From Anaerolineae bacterium (lineage in GTDB: Bacteria > Chloroflexota > Anaerolineae > Aggregatilineales > UBA3940), in NCBI GenBank assembly GCA_034435375.1, contig DAOTXR010000052.1:228093-292092 (forward strand): a stretch of 64,000 bases of DNA, given 5' to 3'. Position numbers and translations under genes: made by a program. Every line of letters begins with the position of its first letter. Within the stretch, counting starts at the first letter, position 1. Shown in pieces: positions 1 to 10,099 of the stretch. The notes below the pieces were generated by a model. The model was not told the origin of the DNA, did not search any database, and was given only the letters and a program-made list of their open reading frames with translations.

Positions 1-1263
1 CACAGCCGTGGCTATCAGCATGACCACGCCGCTGGCCAGCCAAGCTAGGCGTGGAATCCGGACCCTGGAACGGATCTTGCCGGCCGAGTTCACTAGCGGA
101 GTCGTATCGCCTTGCAGGCGCTTGGTCTCGGCCTGCTCGCGGGCGCGAGTGGCTGCCTGCTCCAGCTCGTCAAGTTGCTGACGGACACGCCGGGCGCGCT
201 CAGCCAGCAACTCGGCCTCCATCTCGCTGAAGAACGAGTCGGCCAGCGCACGCGCAATGTCATCCTGTTCTTGCTGGGCAATCCGGCGCAGCGTCTGACG
301 GGCCAGCGGTGAAAGCTGGGAGGACCTGCTGCGGGCGATCTCTACCAGTCGCTTGACGGCCTGTCGGCGCTCCTCGTTGTCAGCCGAGGCCAGAGCCATC
401 TCCAGGTCGATGGGCAAGCTGAGGCGCGTCTCCTCACTCAGCGCCGCCCGTAGGTCGGCAGCCATGTCCAGCGCTGAGGCATAACGCTCCTCTGGGCGTT
501 TAGCCATGGCTCGCACGATCACTTCGCGCGTCGCCGGAGGAAGGTCAGGCCGAACGTTCAGAATATCAGGGACAGGTGTATTGAGGTGTGCAATGATGAC
601 GCGCGCAGGCGTCTCGTCGTCATAAGGATGCCTGCCGGTGAGCATCTGATACACTGTGACGCCCAGCGCATAGATGTCGACCGCGGGTGTGACGCCGGTC
701 TGGTTGACCATCTCCGGGGCCATATAGGCGAAGGTGCCTACCACGCTGCCGTTGGTGAGGCCAGAAGCTGTGTCGGCCACAATCTTGGCGATGCCGAAGT
801 CAGCCAGATAGGCATTTTCCTGATTATCAAGCAAGACGTTGCTTGGCTTGAAGTCGCGATGCATGACGCCCTTCTGATGGGCATAATCCAGGCCCTCGGC
901 GATCTGCTCGACCAGCCGTGTGCATTCGTCGAGCGCCATGCCCTCTGGCGGGATGCGATCCAGCAGCGATCCACCGGGTAGGTAGGCCATCACCAAGTAA
1001 GGCTGACCCTCAAAGGTGCCGTAGTCGTGGATGGGCAGGATGCGGGGGTGCTGGAGCAGAGCGATCAGTCTGGCCTCTCGCTCAAAACGCTGAAGGAAAT
1101 TCGGATCCTGAGTCAGATAGCGCGGCATGACCTTGACAGCCACCATTCGCCCGATTGACTCCTGGCGAGCAAGGTAGACACTGGCCATGCCGCCCACGCC
1201 GATTAAGTCGCCCAGGATGTACTGCCCAAGCTTCTTCCCAGTAAGTTCGCCGATGCTGGCCAT
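1..1263 (-). CDS. Hanks-type Ser/Thr protein kinase, C-terminus cut by window edge
   Basis: My own minus-strand translation from the ATG at 1263-1261 stays open to base 1 (421 codons). It is absent from the ORF track because it runs off the window. Motifs: GVGGMASVYLA Gly-loop, VAVKVM lysine, HRDFKPSNVLL catalytic loop, DFGIAK, YMAPE. It ends in the hydrophobic segment LAWLASGVVMLIATAV. Confidence 0.9.
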   Translation of the reverse strand, partial: MASIGELTGKKLGQYILGDLIGVGGMASVYLARQESIGRMVAVKVMPRYLTQDPNFLQRFEREARLIALLQHPRILPIHDYGTFEGQPYLVMAYLPGGSLLDRIPPEGMALDECTRLVEQIAEGLDYAHQKGVMHRDFKPSNVLLDNQENAYLADFGIAKIVADTASGLTNGSVVGTFAYMAPEMVNQTGVTPAVDIYALGVTVYQMLTGRHPYDDETPARVIIAHLNTPVPDILNVRPDLPPATREVIVRAMAKRPEERYASALDMAADLRAALSEETRLSLPIDLEMALASADNEERRQAVKRLVEIARSRSSQLSPLARQTLRRIAQQEQDDIARALADSFFSEMEAELLAERARRVRQQLDELEQAATRAREQAETKRLQGDTTPLVNSAGKIRSRVRIPRLAWLASGVVMLIATAV

Positions 1264-1528
1264 CTCTTCCAGAGGCACGGACTCCTATTTGCGCGGATTA
1301 GATCACGCACATCAGTAAGTTTTGAGCGTCTCCCTCAGAGGGAGGTTGGAGTTCAACAGTGAGCTACCAGGGTATAAGTGTGCCCCCATCCGGCGATTAG
1401 AGCAAGTCATCTGTTGTCTTGTGGCTCCTCGTTCTCAGCCGTGCTACAACCATAGCCGGGGTTGAACAATAATGTTGTGTTTGACAAAGTTCGAACACCT
1501 TGAAAACTTGTCAACAAAGGGTTAAATC

Positions 1529-2653
1529 ATGAGAATCGCACTCCTCGCTCATATAACGACACGGCTCGCGGCTGCCGCACTTCTGGCAGCACTGAGCCTG
1601 GCGGCCTGCGTTGGCAGCAGCCCGACTCAGGCCATGACGTCCACGCCTAGTTTTACGCCCACGCTCCCACGGACGGCAACCTTGACATCTTCGCCCAGCG
1701 CGGCGACAGCCCCACCGACTCAGTCGCCCACCCTCACCCCGCTGCCCGTGCCAACCCGAACGCCGATCGCGTTGTCCAATGTAGGTCAGTTGAGACAACA
1801 GACGCTCACTACAGACGGCGTGCCAACTGCTCTGGCGTGGTCACCAGGCAGCGAGATGTTGGCAGTTGCAACCTCTGAGGAGATCTGGTTGTATAACGCG
1901 GCAGACTTGGAGAATCCACCCCGCCGGGTTGAAGATGCCCCTGGCGGGCGCGATATAGCTTTCAGCCCAGATGGCACATTTCTGGCCGTTGCAGGCATCG
2001 AAAGCGCCGCTTACTTCTGGAATGCTGCAACGGATGAGATAACCGTCCTTACGCTGGAAGCCGCGGCTACCTGTGTTGCTTTCAGCCCCAACGACGCTGT
2101 GCTTGCCGCTAGTGATGCCCAGGGTACGATTCACTTGATTCGCCCGCCCTCAGGTAGCGAGGCGGGAATCCTGACCACTGGCTGGCCTGTACAGCGCGTG
2201 GCTTTTAGTCCAGATGGAGGGCTGCTGGCTTCAGCGGGCATCGACAACCGGGTCTGGCTGTGGGATGTGCAAGAACTGCGCAGCCTCAACACATTGCCAA
2301 CCGGCGGTCCCACAAAGGACCTCAGCTTCAGCGCCGACGGCTTGTTCCTTGCCGCGGCAGGCGGCGACGATCTGGTGAGGATGTGGTTCGTCTTAAGTGG
2401 AGAGAATCTGGCCAGTTTTGCAGGCCACGGCGGTGAGGCTCTGTCCGTCAGTTTCAGCCCAGATAGCACCATGCTAGCCTCAGGCAGCACTGACGGCACG
2501 ATTCGGGTGTGGGATATTGTCACCGGGGAAAGCTTGGCAGTACTCGACGCTGCGCCAGGGGCAACTGTAAGCGCAGTGGCGTGGTCGCCAGATGGATCAA
2601 TGCTAGCTGCCGTGGGCAGCGACAGCACTCTCAGTCTGTGGTACGTCCCGTAG
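1529..2653 (+). CDS. WD40-repeat lipoprotein
   Basis: 374-aa ORF with a signal peptide and lipobox LSLAAC, then a Thr/Pro/Ser linker. About seven repeats of the type AFSPDG..LA(S/A)(A/G)..D..(V/I)..W(D/N) follow, e.g. VSFSPDSTMLASGSTDGTIRVWD. Confidence 0.85.
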   Translation: MRIALLAHITTRLAAAALLAALSLAACVGSSPTQAMTSTPSFTPTLPRTATLTSSPSAATAPPTQSPTLTPLPVPTRTPIALSNVGQLRQQTLTTDGVPTALAWSPGSEMLAVATSEEIWLYNAADLENPPRRVEDAPGGRDIAFSPDGTFLAVAGIESAAYFWNAATDEITVLTLEAAATCVAFSPNDAVLAASDAQGTIHLIRPPSGSEAGILTTGWPVQRVAFSPDGGLLASAGIDNRVWLWDVQELRSLNTLPTGGPTKDLSFSADGLFLAAAGGDDLVRMWFVLSGENLASFAGHGGEALSVSFSPDSTMLASGSTDGTIRVWDIVTGESLAVLDAAPGATVSAVAWSPDGSMLAAVGSDSTLSLWYVP

Positions 2654-2691
2654 AGGCAGAGGAGCGAGCCTGGTCTTAGCCTGCCTCCCGA

Positions 2692-3768
2692 TCAAGGTCC
2701 CGTGGCGCTTCGACTTTCCGGAGTAGGCGGTGGCTCCAGCCCCAGCAGATCGCGCCGCACAGCATCCAGAGCCTGGAGGGCTGTCAGGTTGCGGACTGCC
2801 CAGGCTGTGTTCATGTTCTCCGGGACGTTGAAGAATGGGCGTCCATACGTCAGATGGAATTGGTCTTCGGTCAGGCCATGCCCTGGCAGCGGCTGCACTG
2901 CCAACCAGAAATTCCACAGAGGGGCATTATTTTCCTGGGCTACCTGCACAATTGCTGCATTGATGCTCCAGTCCCCTTCCAGATTATCGGCCTTGGTCGC
3001 CAGAATCGGGACCACGCCCTGCTCAAGCGCGTAGGTCACGACCTGGCTCAGGTAGTCGGCATAGAGATCGGCAGGGCGGTCGTATCCCCAGGTCTCCATA
3101 CTGATGAGAGCGATGCTGGGGTTGTTGATGCGGAACTCACACTCGAGCGGCGATTCGTGTGCGTCGCACTTCTCATTGCTGTTCCACAGCGGTGAGAGCA
3201 CCGCAGCCGGGTTAAATCCAGGGATGACAGAGAAACGCTCCCGCGAGAACGAGCCTGCGTAGTAATCAATCGTCTCCTGGAGGTATGGATAATCACCTAG
3301 ATCATACTGGCCGGGATAATCGAAGGCAGCCAGAAAGTAGTCGGCCACATTCTGGCAATCGCCAACGACTGAGAACGAGTGTGGGTCGCGTCCTATCTCC
3401 TGCCCGCGCCGATAGACCTCACGCATGGCGTCGCTTACAGAGGGAATGATGGGCATGTCCTGCCACATCTCGGGCCAGGTTGTAGCTGTCGGGGTCACAG
3501 AAGTGGAGACAGGCAGCGTTCCTGCGGCAGGTGTTGCAGTGGCCACGCGAGGGACCTCCCCGACTGCGGTGGATAGGGCGGTCTCAGGAGCAGTGAGCAG
3601 TGAAACACTGGTGCTCGTCGCAGTGGTGGGGTGCTGGGAAATGGCTGACGCTGCGGCTGGAGTGGCAGTGGGCGGGGTACTGCCGGAGCATGCAACCAGG
3701 ATCGGGATGACCAGCGTCGTTAATGTCAGGGCAACAGACATACGGCGATTGACAGGGGAATGTGGCAT
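2692..3768 (-). CDS. Lipoprotein with degenerate SGNH/GDSL-hydrolase-like domain
   Basis: 358-aa ORF with lipobox ILVACSGS and a Thr/Ala/Pro linker. The C-terminal roughly 230 aa align by eye with the C-terminus of the divergent neighbour at 3869-5506 (PLECE(F/Y)R, RNLTALQ(A/V)LD). It has GDC where the neighbour has GDS, and METW where the neighbour has GTND. Confidence 0.7.
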   Translation of the reverse strand: MPHSPVNRRMSVALTLTTLVIPILVACSGSTPPTATPAAASAISQHPTTATSTSVSLLTAPETALSTAVGEVPRVATATPAAGTLPVSTSVTPTATTWPEMWQDMPIIPSVSDAMREVYRRGQEIGRDPHSFSVVGDCQNVADYFLAAFDYPGQYDLGDYPYLQETIDYYAGSFSRERFSVIPGFNPAAVLSPLWNSNEKCDAHESPLECEFRINNPSIALISMETWGYDRPADLYADYLSQVVTYALEQGVVPILATKADNLEGDWSINAAIVQVAQENNAPLWNFWLAVQPLPGHGLTEDQFHLTYGRPFFNVPENMNTAWAVRNLTALQALDAVRRDLLGLEPPPTPESRSATGP

Positions 3769-3868
3769 AGGCGCGCATCCGAAACCTTACGACCTTCTCG
3801 TTGTGAATGCCCCAAAGCTGCTATATTATTACCCGGCTGACCTCTGCCGATCAACTCATGGGTGAACT

Positions 3869-5506
3869 ATGCGACGACGTCTGTGGGTACCTGTGCTTAT
3901 TGGCATTCTGGGCATCGTGGCGGCTGGGCTGATCCTGACAAGGAGGCCCCTGCTCGATCCTGCTGTGCCGACTTCAGGGCTGACGTTGGTAGCTATGACG
4001 GCCCGGCTTGACGTGACGCAGAGTATACCTTCGCGCACACCTCAGCCCGTCACCCCCACGATCAGCCCTGCCCTCGATGAGAGCACTTCTTCAACGGCGA
4101 CCTTGCCTGCTGAGGCAGTTGTACCCAGCGCAACTGGTAGCTCAGGGCGTGTGGCTGCAAACGGACAGTACATTGTTCAGGAGGGTGATACCCTGTGGAA
4201 CATTGCCATCGCTTTTGGTGTGACTTTGGAGGGCTTGATCGCGGCCAACCCTGGTCTCAATCCGGATGTCCTGCATCCCGACGATGTTCTGGTCATTCCT
4301 GGCCTTGATGCGCCCAGCCCAACACCCAGTGCAACGGACCGCGCGTCGTCAGATACGCCGTCAGGCACGACTGTTACGCCTCACAGCTCTACCCCAACAC
4401 CACATGTAGCCCCCACGTCGCTCTCCCCAGTCACAGTACCTGCTAGCGCTGTGAGCGGCTACGTCAACACTGGCAGCGAGAAGCTGCGTCTGCGCGATGG
4501 CCCTAGCACGGGCAATGCCATCATTACACTGCTCAACAACCTGACAGAGGTCCAGATCATTGGGCGAACTGAAGATTACTACTGGCTGCAAGTAGTGACT
4601 CGCACAGGCGGCCAGAGCGGTTGGGTCATGCGGCAGTTCGTCGAGGTGCGTGAGCCACTGGCTAATGTTCCGGTCACGGGGCGATCGCCTGACGTGCAGT
4701 TGACCTCTATCGCCCAGGGCACACCTGCGGGGCAGCAGTACCCTTACATCTCCGGCATCACCGATCGGTCACGTGAGATTTTTCGTCTGGGCCAGAGCCT
4801 CGGCAACCGACCGGATGTCTTTTCCAAAGTAGGAGACAGCATCACAGCCAACGAGGCCTTTCTGATCCCGATTGGGCGTGGAGACTATAACCTGCGCGAT
4901 TATACTTATCTGGAGCCTGTAATTCGGTACTTCTCACAGGAGATCGCCACAGACGCCAACTCGTTCGCCAACACATCCCTGGCCGCCAAGGGCGGCTGGT
5001 CAGCTTGGCAGATTGTCACCCCCCGCTTCGCCGACCCGGTTTATTGCCTTGACGGCGAAACACCGCTGGAGTGCGAGTATCGGGTGGTCAAACCGTCGCT
5101 TGCGCTGATCATGCTCGGCACCAACGACATTGTGAACACCCCTTATCGGCAATACGAGGCTTGGATGCGAGAGATCATAGAGACTTCCATCGAGCAGGGT
5201 GTAATCCCCGTGATCAGCACTCTTCCCCCTTTTCATGTCACCGGTTACGAGGAGCGTGTGCCGGACTTGAATCGCATCCTCATTGGGCTAGCTCGGGAGT
5301 ACCAGATTCCCCTCTGGGATTACTGGTCGGCGCTGCATGGTTTGCCCAACGACGGCCTAAGCGACGACGGAATCCATCCCAACTGGGCTGTACCCGCCGA
5401 CTTCAAGCCATCATTTCTGCTGTATGGCATGACGGTTCGGAATCTGACAGCATTACAAGTCCTAGACTCAATCTGGCGCTCGGTCATCCTGCCAGAGACG
5501 CAGTAA
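3869..5506 (+). CDS. LysM + SH3b + SGNH/GDSL hydrolase, membrane-anchored
   Basis: 545-aa ORF with N-terminal TM VPVLIGILGIVAAGLIL. LysM: YIVQEGDTLWNIAIAFGVTLEGLIAANPGL..DDVLVIP. SH3-like: LRLRDGPSTGNAII...YYWLQV..GQSGWV. SGNH blocks: VGDSIT, LGTND, DDGIHP. Confidence 0.8.
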   Translation: MRRRLWVPVLIGILGIVAAGLILTRRPLLDPAVPTSGLTLVAMTARLDVTQSIPSRTPQPVTPTISPALDESTSSTATLPAEAVVPSATGSSGRVAANGQYIVQEGDTLWNIAIAFGVTLEGLIAANPGLNPDVLHPDDVLVIPGLDAPSPTPSATDRASSDTPSGTTVTPHSSTPTPHVAPTSLSPVTVPASAVSGYVNTGSEKLRLRDGPSTGNAIITLLNNLTEVQIIGRTEDYYWLQVVTRTGGQSGWVMRQFVEVREPLANVPVTGRSPDVQLTSIAQGTPAGQQYPYISGITDRSREIFRLGQSLGNRPDVFSKVGDSITANEAFLIPIGRGDYNLRDYTYLEPVIRYFSQEIATDANSFANTSLAAKGGWSAWQIVTPRFADPVYCLDGETPLECEYRVVKPSLALIMLGTNDIVNTPYRQYEAWMREIIETSIEQGVIPVISTLPPFHVTGYEERVPDLNRILIGLAREYQIPLWDYWSALHGLPNDGLSDDGIHPNWAVPADFKPSFLLYGMTVRNLTALQVLDSIWRSVILPETQ

Positions 5507-5781
5507 CTGGCGATGCTCCAGGGTTGCAGCCTGCCCTGTTTGGCCTATACTGTCGTGAGAAGCCTGAAATTGGCCTGTCTGGTTTCTGTCCTGAGGGGCA
5601 TAATGAATATTGTCTGCTCCCGCAGTGTGCTCAAAGAGCTTCACGGAGGTTCTTTGGAATCCTTCTGCGAGACCAGCCAAAAGGGATCGCTTTCTATCGC
5701 AATGAAATTGCCGCCAGATGTTTGACCGGAGGTATTTTCGGTCAGGTCACTGAGTCGCTCAATCTGACGAGGAGAATCCCC

Positions 5782-8352
5782 ATGCAACCCATTGCAACCT
5801 ACAAGGTTGTATCTTCAATGCCTGAGGTACTTAGCCGCCTACCCGAACTGGCCTACAACCTGCGTTGGGCCTGGGATCACGAGACCATCGACCTGTTCCG
5901 GCGTATGGGTGGCGATCTGTGGGAGGAGACCAACCACAACCCTGTCAAGATGCTGGGGTTGATCAGCCAGAACCGGCTCAATGCATTGGCCCGTGACGAA
6001 GGTTTCCTGGCCCACCTGAACCGTGTTTTGTCTTCTTACGACGCCTATATGCAGGTGCGCGAAAAGTCATGGTATCCCCATGAGTATGGTCTGGAGGAAA
6101 GCCCTCAGATTGCCTATTTCTCATTCGAGTTCGGTTTGACAGAAAGCATCCCGAATTATTCAGGCGGCCTGGGAGTGCTGGCTGGCGATCATCTCAAAGC
6201 GGCCAGCGATCTCAGCGTGCCGCTTGTAGGAGTTGGGCTGTTGTATCAACAGGGATACTTTCGTCAGTACTTGAACATCGATGGCTGGCAGCAGGAGCTT
6301 TATCCGGAGAATGACTTCTACACCATGCCGCTGCGGCTGGTGACCGATGACATGGGCGAACCGATCCTGACCTCTGTTGATCTGGCGGGTCGTCTTGTCT
6401 ATGCCCAAATCTGGCGCGTACAGGTCGGACGGGTTGACTTGTACCTGCTGGATACGAACATCCCCCAGAACGACCGTCAAGACCAGGACCTGACCGACCA
6501 ACTCTATGGCGGCGACCGCGAGATGCGCATCAAGCAGGAGATCTTGCTTGGGATTGGGGGGTTGCGGGCACTTTATGCACTGGGCATCGAGCCGGGGGTG
6601 TGCCATATGAATGAAGGGCACTCGGCATTCATGGCGCTGGAACGCGCTCGCATCCTGATGGCGCAGCTCGGCCTACCTTTTGAGAAGGCCGCAGCCATTA
6701 CATCAGCTAGCAATGTATTTACCACCCACACCCCGGTCCCGGCAGGCAACGATTACTTTGCTCCAGACCTGGTCGAGAAGTATTTTAAAGATTATCGCCA
6801 GGAGCTGGGTCTCTCACGTGAAGCATTCCTGGCGCTGGGTCGCATAGATGCCAATAATACCAGCGAGCATTACTGCATGACGATCCTGGCGCTGCGCATG
6901 TCGGCCTACGCCAATGGGGTAAGCCGATTGCATGGAGAGGTAGCACGCAGCATGTGGACAGGCGTCTATCCTGGTGTGCCGCTGCGCGAGGTGCCGATCA
7001 GCTCCATCACCAACGGTGTGCACACCTTCAGTTGGGTCTCCAAGGACATGGCCCAGCTTTTCGATCGCTATCTTGGCCCACGCTGGCGCGAAGACCCTAC
7101 CGATCAGCATATCTGGGAGCGTGCAGCTAGCATCCCCGACGAGGAGCTATGGCGTACCCATGAGCGGCGGCGTGAGCGGTTGGTAGCCTTTGCCCGTAGC
7201 CGCCTGGTTGCACAGCTTGAGCAACGCGGCGCTCCACCCGCTGAGATCGAAGCTGCACATGAGGCGCTTGATCCCGATGTGCTGACTATCGGCTTTGCCC
7301 GTCGGTTTGCTTCATACAAGCGTGCTTCTCTGCTGCTCCGCGATACGGAACGTTTTATGAAAATCTTGTGCGGAGACCGCCCAGTGCAGTTTATCTTCGC
7401 TGGAAAAGCCCACCCGCACGACAACGATGGCAAAGAGATCATTCGTCAGATCGTACACTTTTCCCGAACCACTGACTGCCGCAACCGCATTGTTTTCATT
7501 GAGGACTACGATATGGTCGTGGCCCGTTACCTGGTTCAGGGAGCCGACGTTTGGCTCAATACGCCACGTCGCCCTCTGGAAGCCAGCGGCACGAGTGGTA
7601 TGAAGGCGGCCCTGAATGGTGTGCTGAACCTGAGCATCCTCGACGGGTGGTGGGCTGAAGCCTACCGGCGTCATCTGGGCTGGGCTGTTGGGGCGGGTGA
7701 GACATATACTGATATGGAGTTGCAGGACTACATTGAGTCGAATGCGGTCTACGACCTGCTGGAAAAGGACCTGATCCCCACCTTCTATGATCGCGGTTCA
7801 GATAACCTACCGCGGGGCTGGATCATGCGGATGAAGGGATCGCTGCGTGAACTAGGCCCTGTTTACAATACTGCCCGTATGGTTAAAGAGTACACACGAC
7901 GCTTCTATACTCCTGCGCTTGAAGACACACGACACTTTCGTGAGAACAACTTCGCGGCGGGCATTGACTTTGCCGAGTGGCTGCTGAATTTGCAGTCGCA
8001 GTGGCGCGAGTTGAAGCTGGGAGATATTACTCCTGCATTCGACTCTGAAGTGCGGGTTGGGGACACGCTGAGGGTCAATGCAGAGGTTTTCTTGGGTAGA
8101 GTGTCGCCCGAGGATGTGGCTGTCCAGCTCTACGAGGGTGTCCTTGACAAGCAGGGCGCCATCGAGCGGGGGCGAGCCTATGATATGCAGCATGTGGGCA
8201 ACAGCCCGCGTGGACAGGGATGGTGTCAATACAGCGTCGAGTTTGTCTCGGATGTGACAGGACGACACGGCTACACAGTTCGCATTATCCCGCGCCATCC
8301 CAACGCCCGGAATGCCCTACGCCTGGGATTGATCACCTGGGCTGCCCAGTGA
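5782..8352 (+). CDS. glgP: Alpha-glucan phosphorylase (GT35 family)
   Basis: The ORF track gives 5071-8352. The homologous part starts at MQPIATYKV (ATG 5782), preceded by GAGGAG at 5769-5774. Motifs: NLRWAWDHE, YSGGLGVLAGDHLKAASDL, PLP-lysine signature EASGTSGMKAALNG. Confidence 0.9.
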   Translation: MQPIATYKVVSSMPEVLSRLPELAYNLRWAWDHETIDLFRRMGGDLWEETNHNPVKMLGLISQNRLNALARDEGFLAHLNRVLSSYDAYMQVREKSWYPHEYGLEESPQIAYFSFEFGLTESIPNYSGGLGVLAGDHLKAASDLSVPLVGVGLLYQQGYFRQYLNIDGWQQELYPENDFYTMPLRLVTDDMGEPILTSVDLAGRLVYAQIWRVQVGRVDLYLLDTNIPQNDRQDQDLTDQLYGGDREMRIKQEILLGIGGLRALYALGIEPGVCHMNEGHSAFMALERARILMAQLGLPFEKAAAITSASNVFTTHTPVPAGNDYFAPDLVEKYFKDYRQELGLSREAFLALGRIDANNTSEHYCMTILALRMSAYANGVSRLHGEVARSMWTGVYPGVPLREVPISSITNGVHTFSWVSKDMAQLFDRYLGPRWREDPTDQHIWERAASIPDEELWRTHERRRERLVAFARSRLVAQLEQRGAPPAEIEAAHEALDPDVLTIGFARRFASYKRASLLLRDTERFMKILCGDRPVQFIFAGKAHPHDNDGKEIIRQIVHFSRTTDCRNRIVFIEDYDMVVARYLVQGADVWLNTPRRPLEASGTSGMKAALNGVLNLSILDGWWAEAYRRHLGWAVGAGETYTDMELQDYIESNAVYDLLEKDLIPTFYDRGSDNLPRGWIMRMKGSLRELGPVYNTARMVKEYTRRFYTPALEDTRHFRENNFAAGIDFAEWLLNLQSQWRELKLGDITPAFDSEVRVGDTLRVNAEVFLGRVSPEDVAVQLYEGVLDKQGAIERGRAYDMQHVGNSPRGQGWCQYSVEFVSDVTGRHGYTVRIIPRHPNARNALRLGLITWAAQ

Positions 8353-8362
8353 GGGAATAGAG

Positions 8363-8391
8363 AAGGGCTGGAGCGCGAGGCTCCAGCCCTT
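8363..8391. terminator. Stem-loop between convergent genes (12-bp perfect stem)
   Basis: aagggctggagc (8363-8374), loop gcgag, gctccagccctt (8380-8391). It sits between the glgP stop (8352) and the stop of the minus-strand gene (8407). Confidence 0.6.
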
Positions 8392-8406
8392 TGCATGAAC
8401 ATCTTA

Positions 8407-10002
8407 TCAAGGCGACTGACTCTGGGAATTGTAGGGAGAGGGGAGGCGGGAAAACTCTTCGCCGTTGTAGTACCAGACCTCACGATCCGGGTAGAGTGCA
8501 ATGATGGCCGCCGTCAGGTTGGGAGAAATGTCATGGGCAGCCAGGATGGGATCGTCCAACCACGGCGAGTCCAAGGAGAAGAAAGCTGCATACTCGACCC
8601 AGCGCCTGCCGCGCACGAGCACAAGCACCCGATCACTCTCGCGCAACATCATCAGCCTGTCCAGTGGCTCACGTGTGATGTTGTAGAGGCCGTGCCATTC
8701 CTCCAGGCGGGTGGGCAGATAACACGTTGCATTCAGAGCAATCAGCCCTGCAAGCAGCGCAAACACTGGCCAGTTAGATGAGAGGGAGAAGGCGTCGGTC
8801 GGCGCGCCAGGTGAGGCAGTAATAGCTCGCTTGAACAGCCTGCCAACAAGGCTGATCACCAGCCTCACTGCGCCATCTAGCCCCAACGCAGCGAGAATCG
8901 CCAGACCAGCGTGACCTTCATAGTAGTAACGTGGTCCATAAACCTGCGCCCCGATCCAGTAAGCCATGTGAATCACTACAAGCCCCACAAACGGCCCGGC
9001 CAACAAGAACGGCCACTCTCGGTGGCCCTGCTGCGACTGCCTGATACCGAAGATCAGCCCCAAGACCAACGGTACCCAGCTCATGTGCGGCCAGCCGAAC
9101 AGTTCGCTGGCCCACAGATGGAGGCCCTGTCTGGTGTTGATCACAGCCTGACGCAGCGTGTGGCCCCCATAGGGGCCTATGTCAGGGCCGAACCCCAGTC
9201 GATCGTAGGGCCATATCAGCGTATACAAGTTGGTCGTGGGGCTGCCAGTGGTCAGGGTGAGATAAAGCGGCTGTAGCGCAGCGACCATCCCTGCCACGAT
9301 CACCAGCGGCCCATAGGTTCTGATCGCCCTCAGAAAACGTGTGCGTCCCTGCCCAGCGCGCGCAGCTAGCGCCACTGCAAACGGCAGCGCTGAGGCAAAC
9401 GCGGTGAGGGGACGGGTTAGGGTCAACATGCCTAGTGCAAAGCCCCCCAACATCGACCAAGCCATCCCATACCGCCCAGAGTCGCGTGCCGCATCGAGGT
9501 GCAGCCAGGCCCACATCAGCAATGTGAGCCACAGGCAGGCTGAAGCATGGCTCATAAAGATGCTGGACTGGATCAAGAAGAACGGAGAGGAAAGAGCCAG
9601 CAGCCCTGCTAGCAGGCCAATGCGTCGATTGTACAGATCACGACCCAGAGCATAGACCAGTGCAACGGTCAGCGCCCCAATCACAGGGTTGACCAGCCAC
9701 CCCGCGCCCAGCCTCTCACCAAGCGCCAGCACGAGCGGCCAGCCGATCGTGTATTTGCCCAGCCATTTATCGTCGAAGATCAGTGTAAAGGGGACAAAGA
9801 AAGCGGAGTGGATCGGCGGCGGCGGCGCCCACAATGCCCCTCGTGCGAAGGTGCGAGCCTGGAACAGGTAAGCGATCTCATCCTCTAGGTGCGGCACACG
9901 CTCACTGATGAACCACGCCATTGAAATGGTAGCAGCCAGCGCCAACAGGCCCAACGCGATCATGAGAAAGACGTCGAGGCGTGTATAGCGATCGGTACTC
10001 AT
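8407..10002 (-). CDS. Polytopic membrane glycosyltransferase, GT39/ArnT-like (PMT_2-like)
   Basis: Many TM segments, an early loop with HLEDEIAYLFQARTF (the DE motif typical of GT-C enzymes), about 530 aa. I place the start at MSTDRYTRLDVFLMIALG (ATG 10002). The 40-codon upstream extension in the ORF track is not protein-like. Confidence 0.6.
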   Translation of the reverse strand: MSTDRYTRLDVFLMIALGLLALAATISMAWFISERVPHLEDEIAYLFQARTFARGALWAPPPPIHSAFFVPFTLIFDDKWLGKYTIGWPLVLALGERLGAGWLVNPVIGALTVALVYALGRDLYNRRIGLLAGLLALSSPFFLIQSSIFMSHASACLWLTLLMWAWLHLDAARDSGRYGMAWSMLGGFALGMLTLTRPLTAFASALPFAVALAARAGQGRTRFLRAIRTYGPLVIVAGMVAALQPLYLTLTTGSPTTNLYTLIWPYDRLGFGPDIGPYGGHTLRQAVINTRQGLHLWASELFGWPHMSWVPLVLGLIFGIRQSQQGHREWPFLLAGPFVGLVVIHMAYWIGAQVYGPRYYYEGHAGLAILAALGLDGAVRLVISLVGRLFKRAITASPGAPTDAFSLSSNWPVFALLAGLIALNATCYLPTRLEEWHGLYNITREPLDRLMMLRESDRVLVLVRGRRWVEYAAFFSLDSPWLDDPILAAHDISPNLTAAIIALYPDREVWYYNGEEFSRLPSPYNSQSQSP

Positions 10003-10065
10003 GCAGCCCAGTCTACACCAGCAACCGGGGTGCTGCCAGAGTCTGGCCCGGCTGAATCCCATAGA

Positions 10066-10093
10066 TTGTTCTGCCATGTCCTTGTGATATACT
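10066..10093 (+). promoter_or_regulatory. Sigma70-like promoter, possibly giving a leaderless mRNA
   Basis: TTGTTC (10066-10071), 16-nt spacer, TG at 10085-10086, TATACT (10088-10093). The ATG of the next gene begins at 10100, 7 nt after the -10 element, and no SD is present. Confidence 0.4.
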
Positions 10094-10099
10094 TGACAC

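Noticed and set aside
1330-1344. 15-nt perfect palindrome CTCCCTCAGAGGGAG in the kinase/WD40 divergent spacer
   Set aside because: It is a real palindrome but a single occurrence, with a 1-nt centre (a poor hairpin). Without conservation data it is not distinguishable from chance. It is noted only.
5071-5781. 237-codon N-terminal extension of the phosphorylase ORF in the six-frame track
   Set aside because: It overlaps the 3' end of the real LysM/SGNH gene in another frame, and its sequence is Arg/His/Cys-rich junk. Homology starts at MQPIATYK, which has a good SD at 5769-5774.
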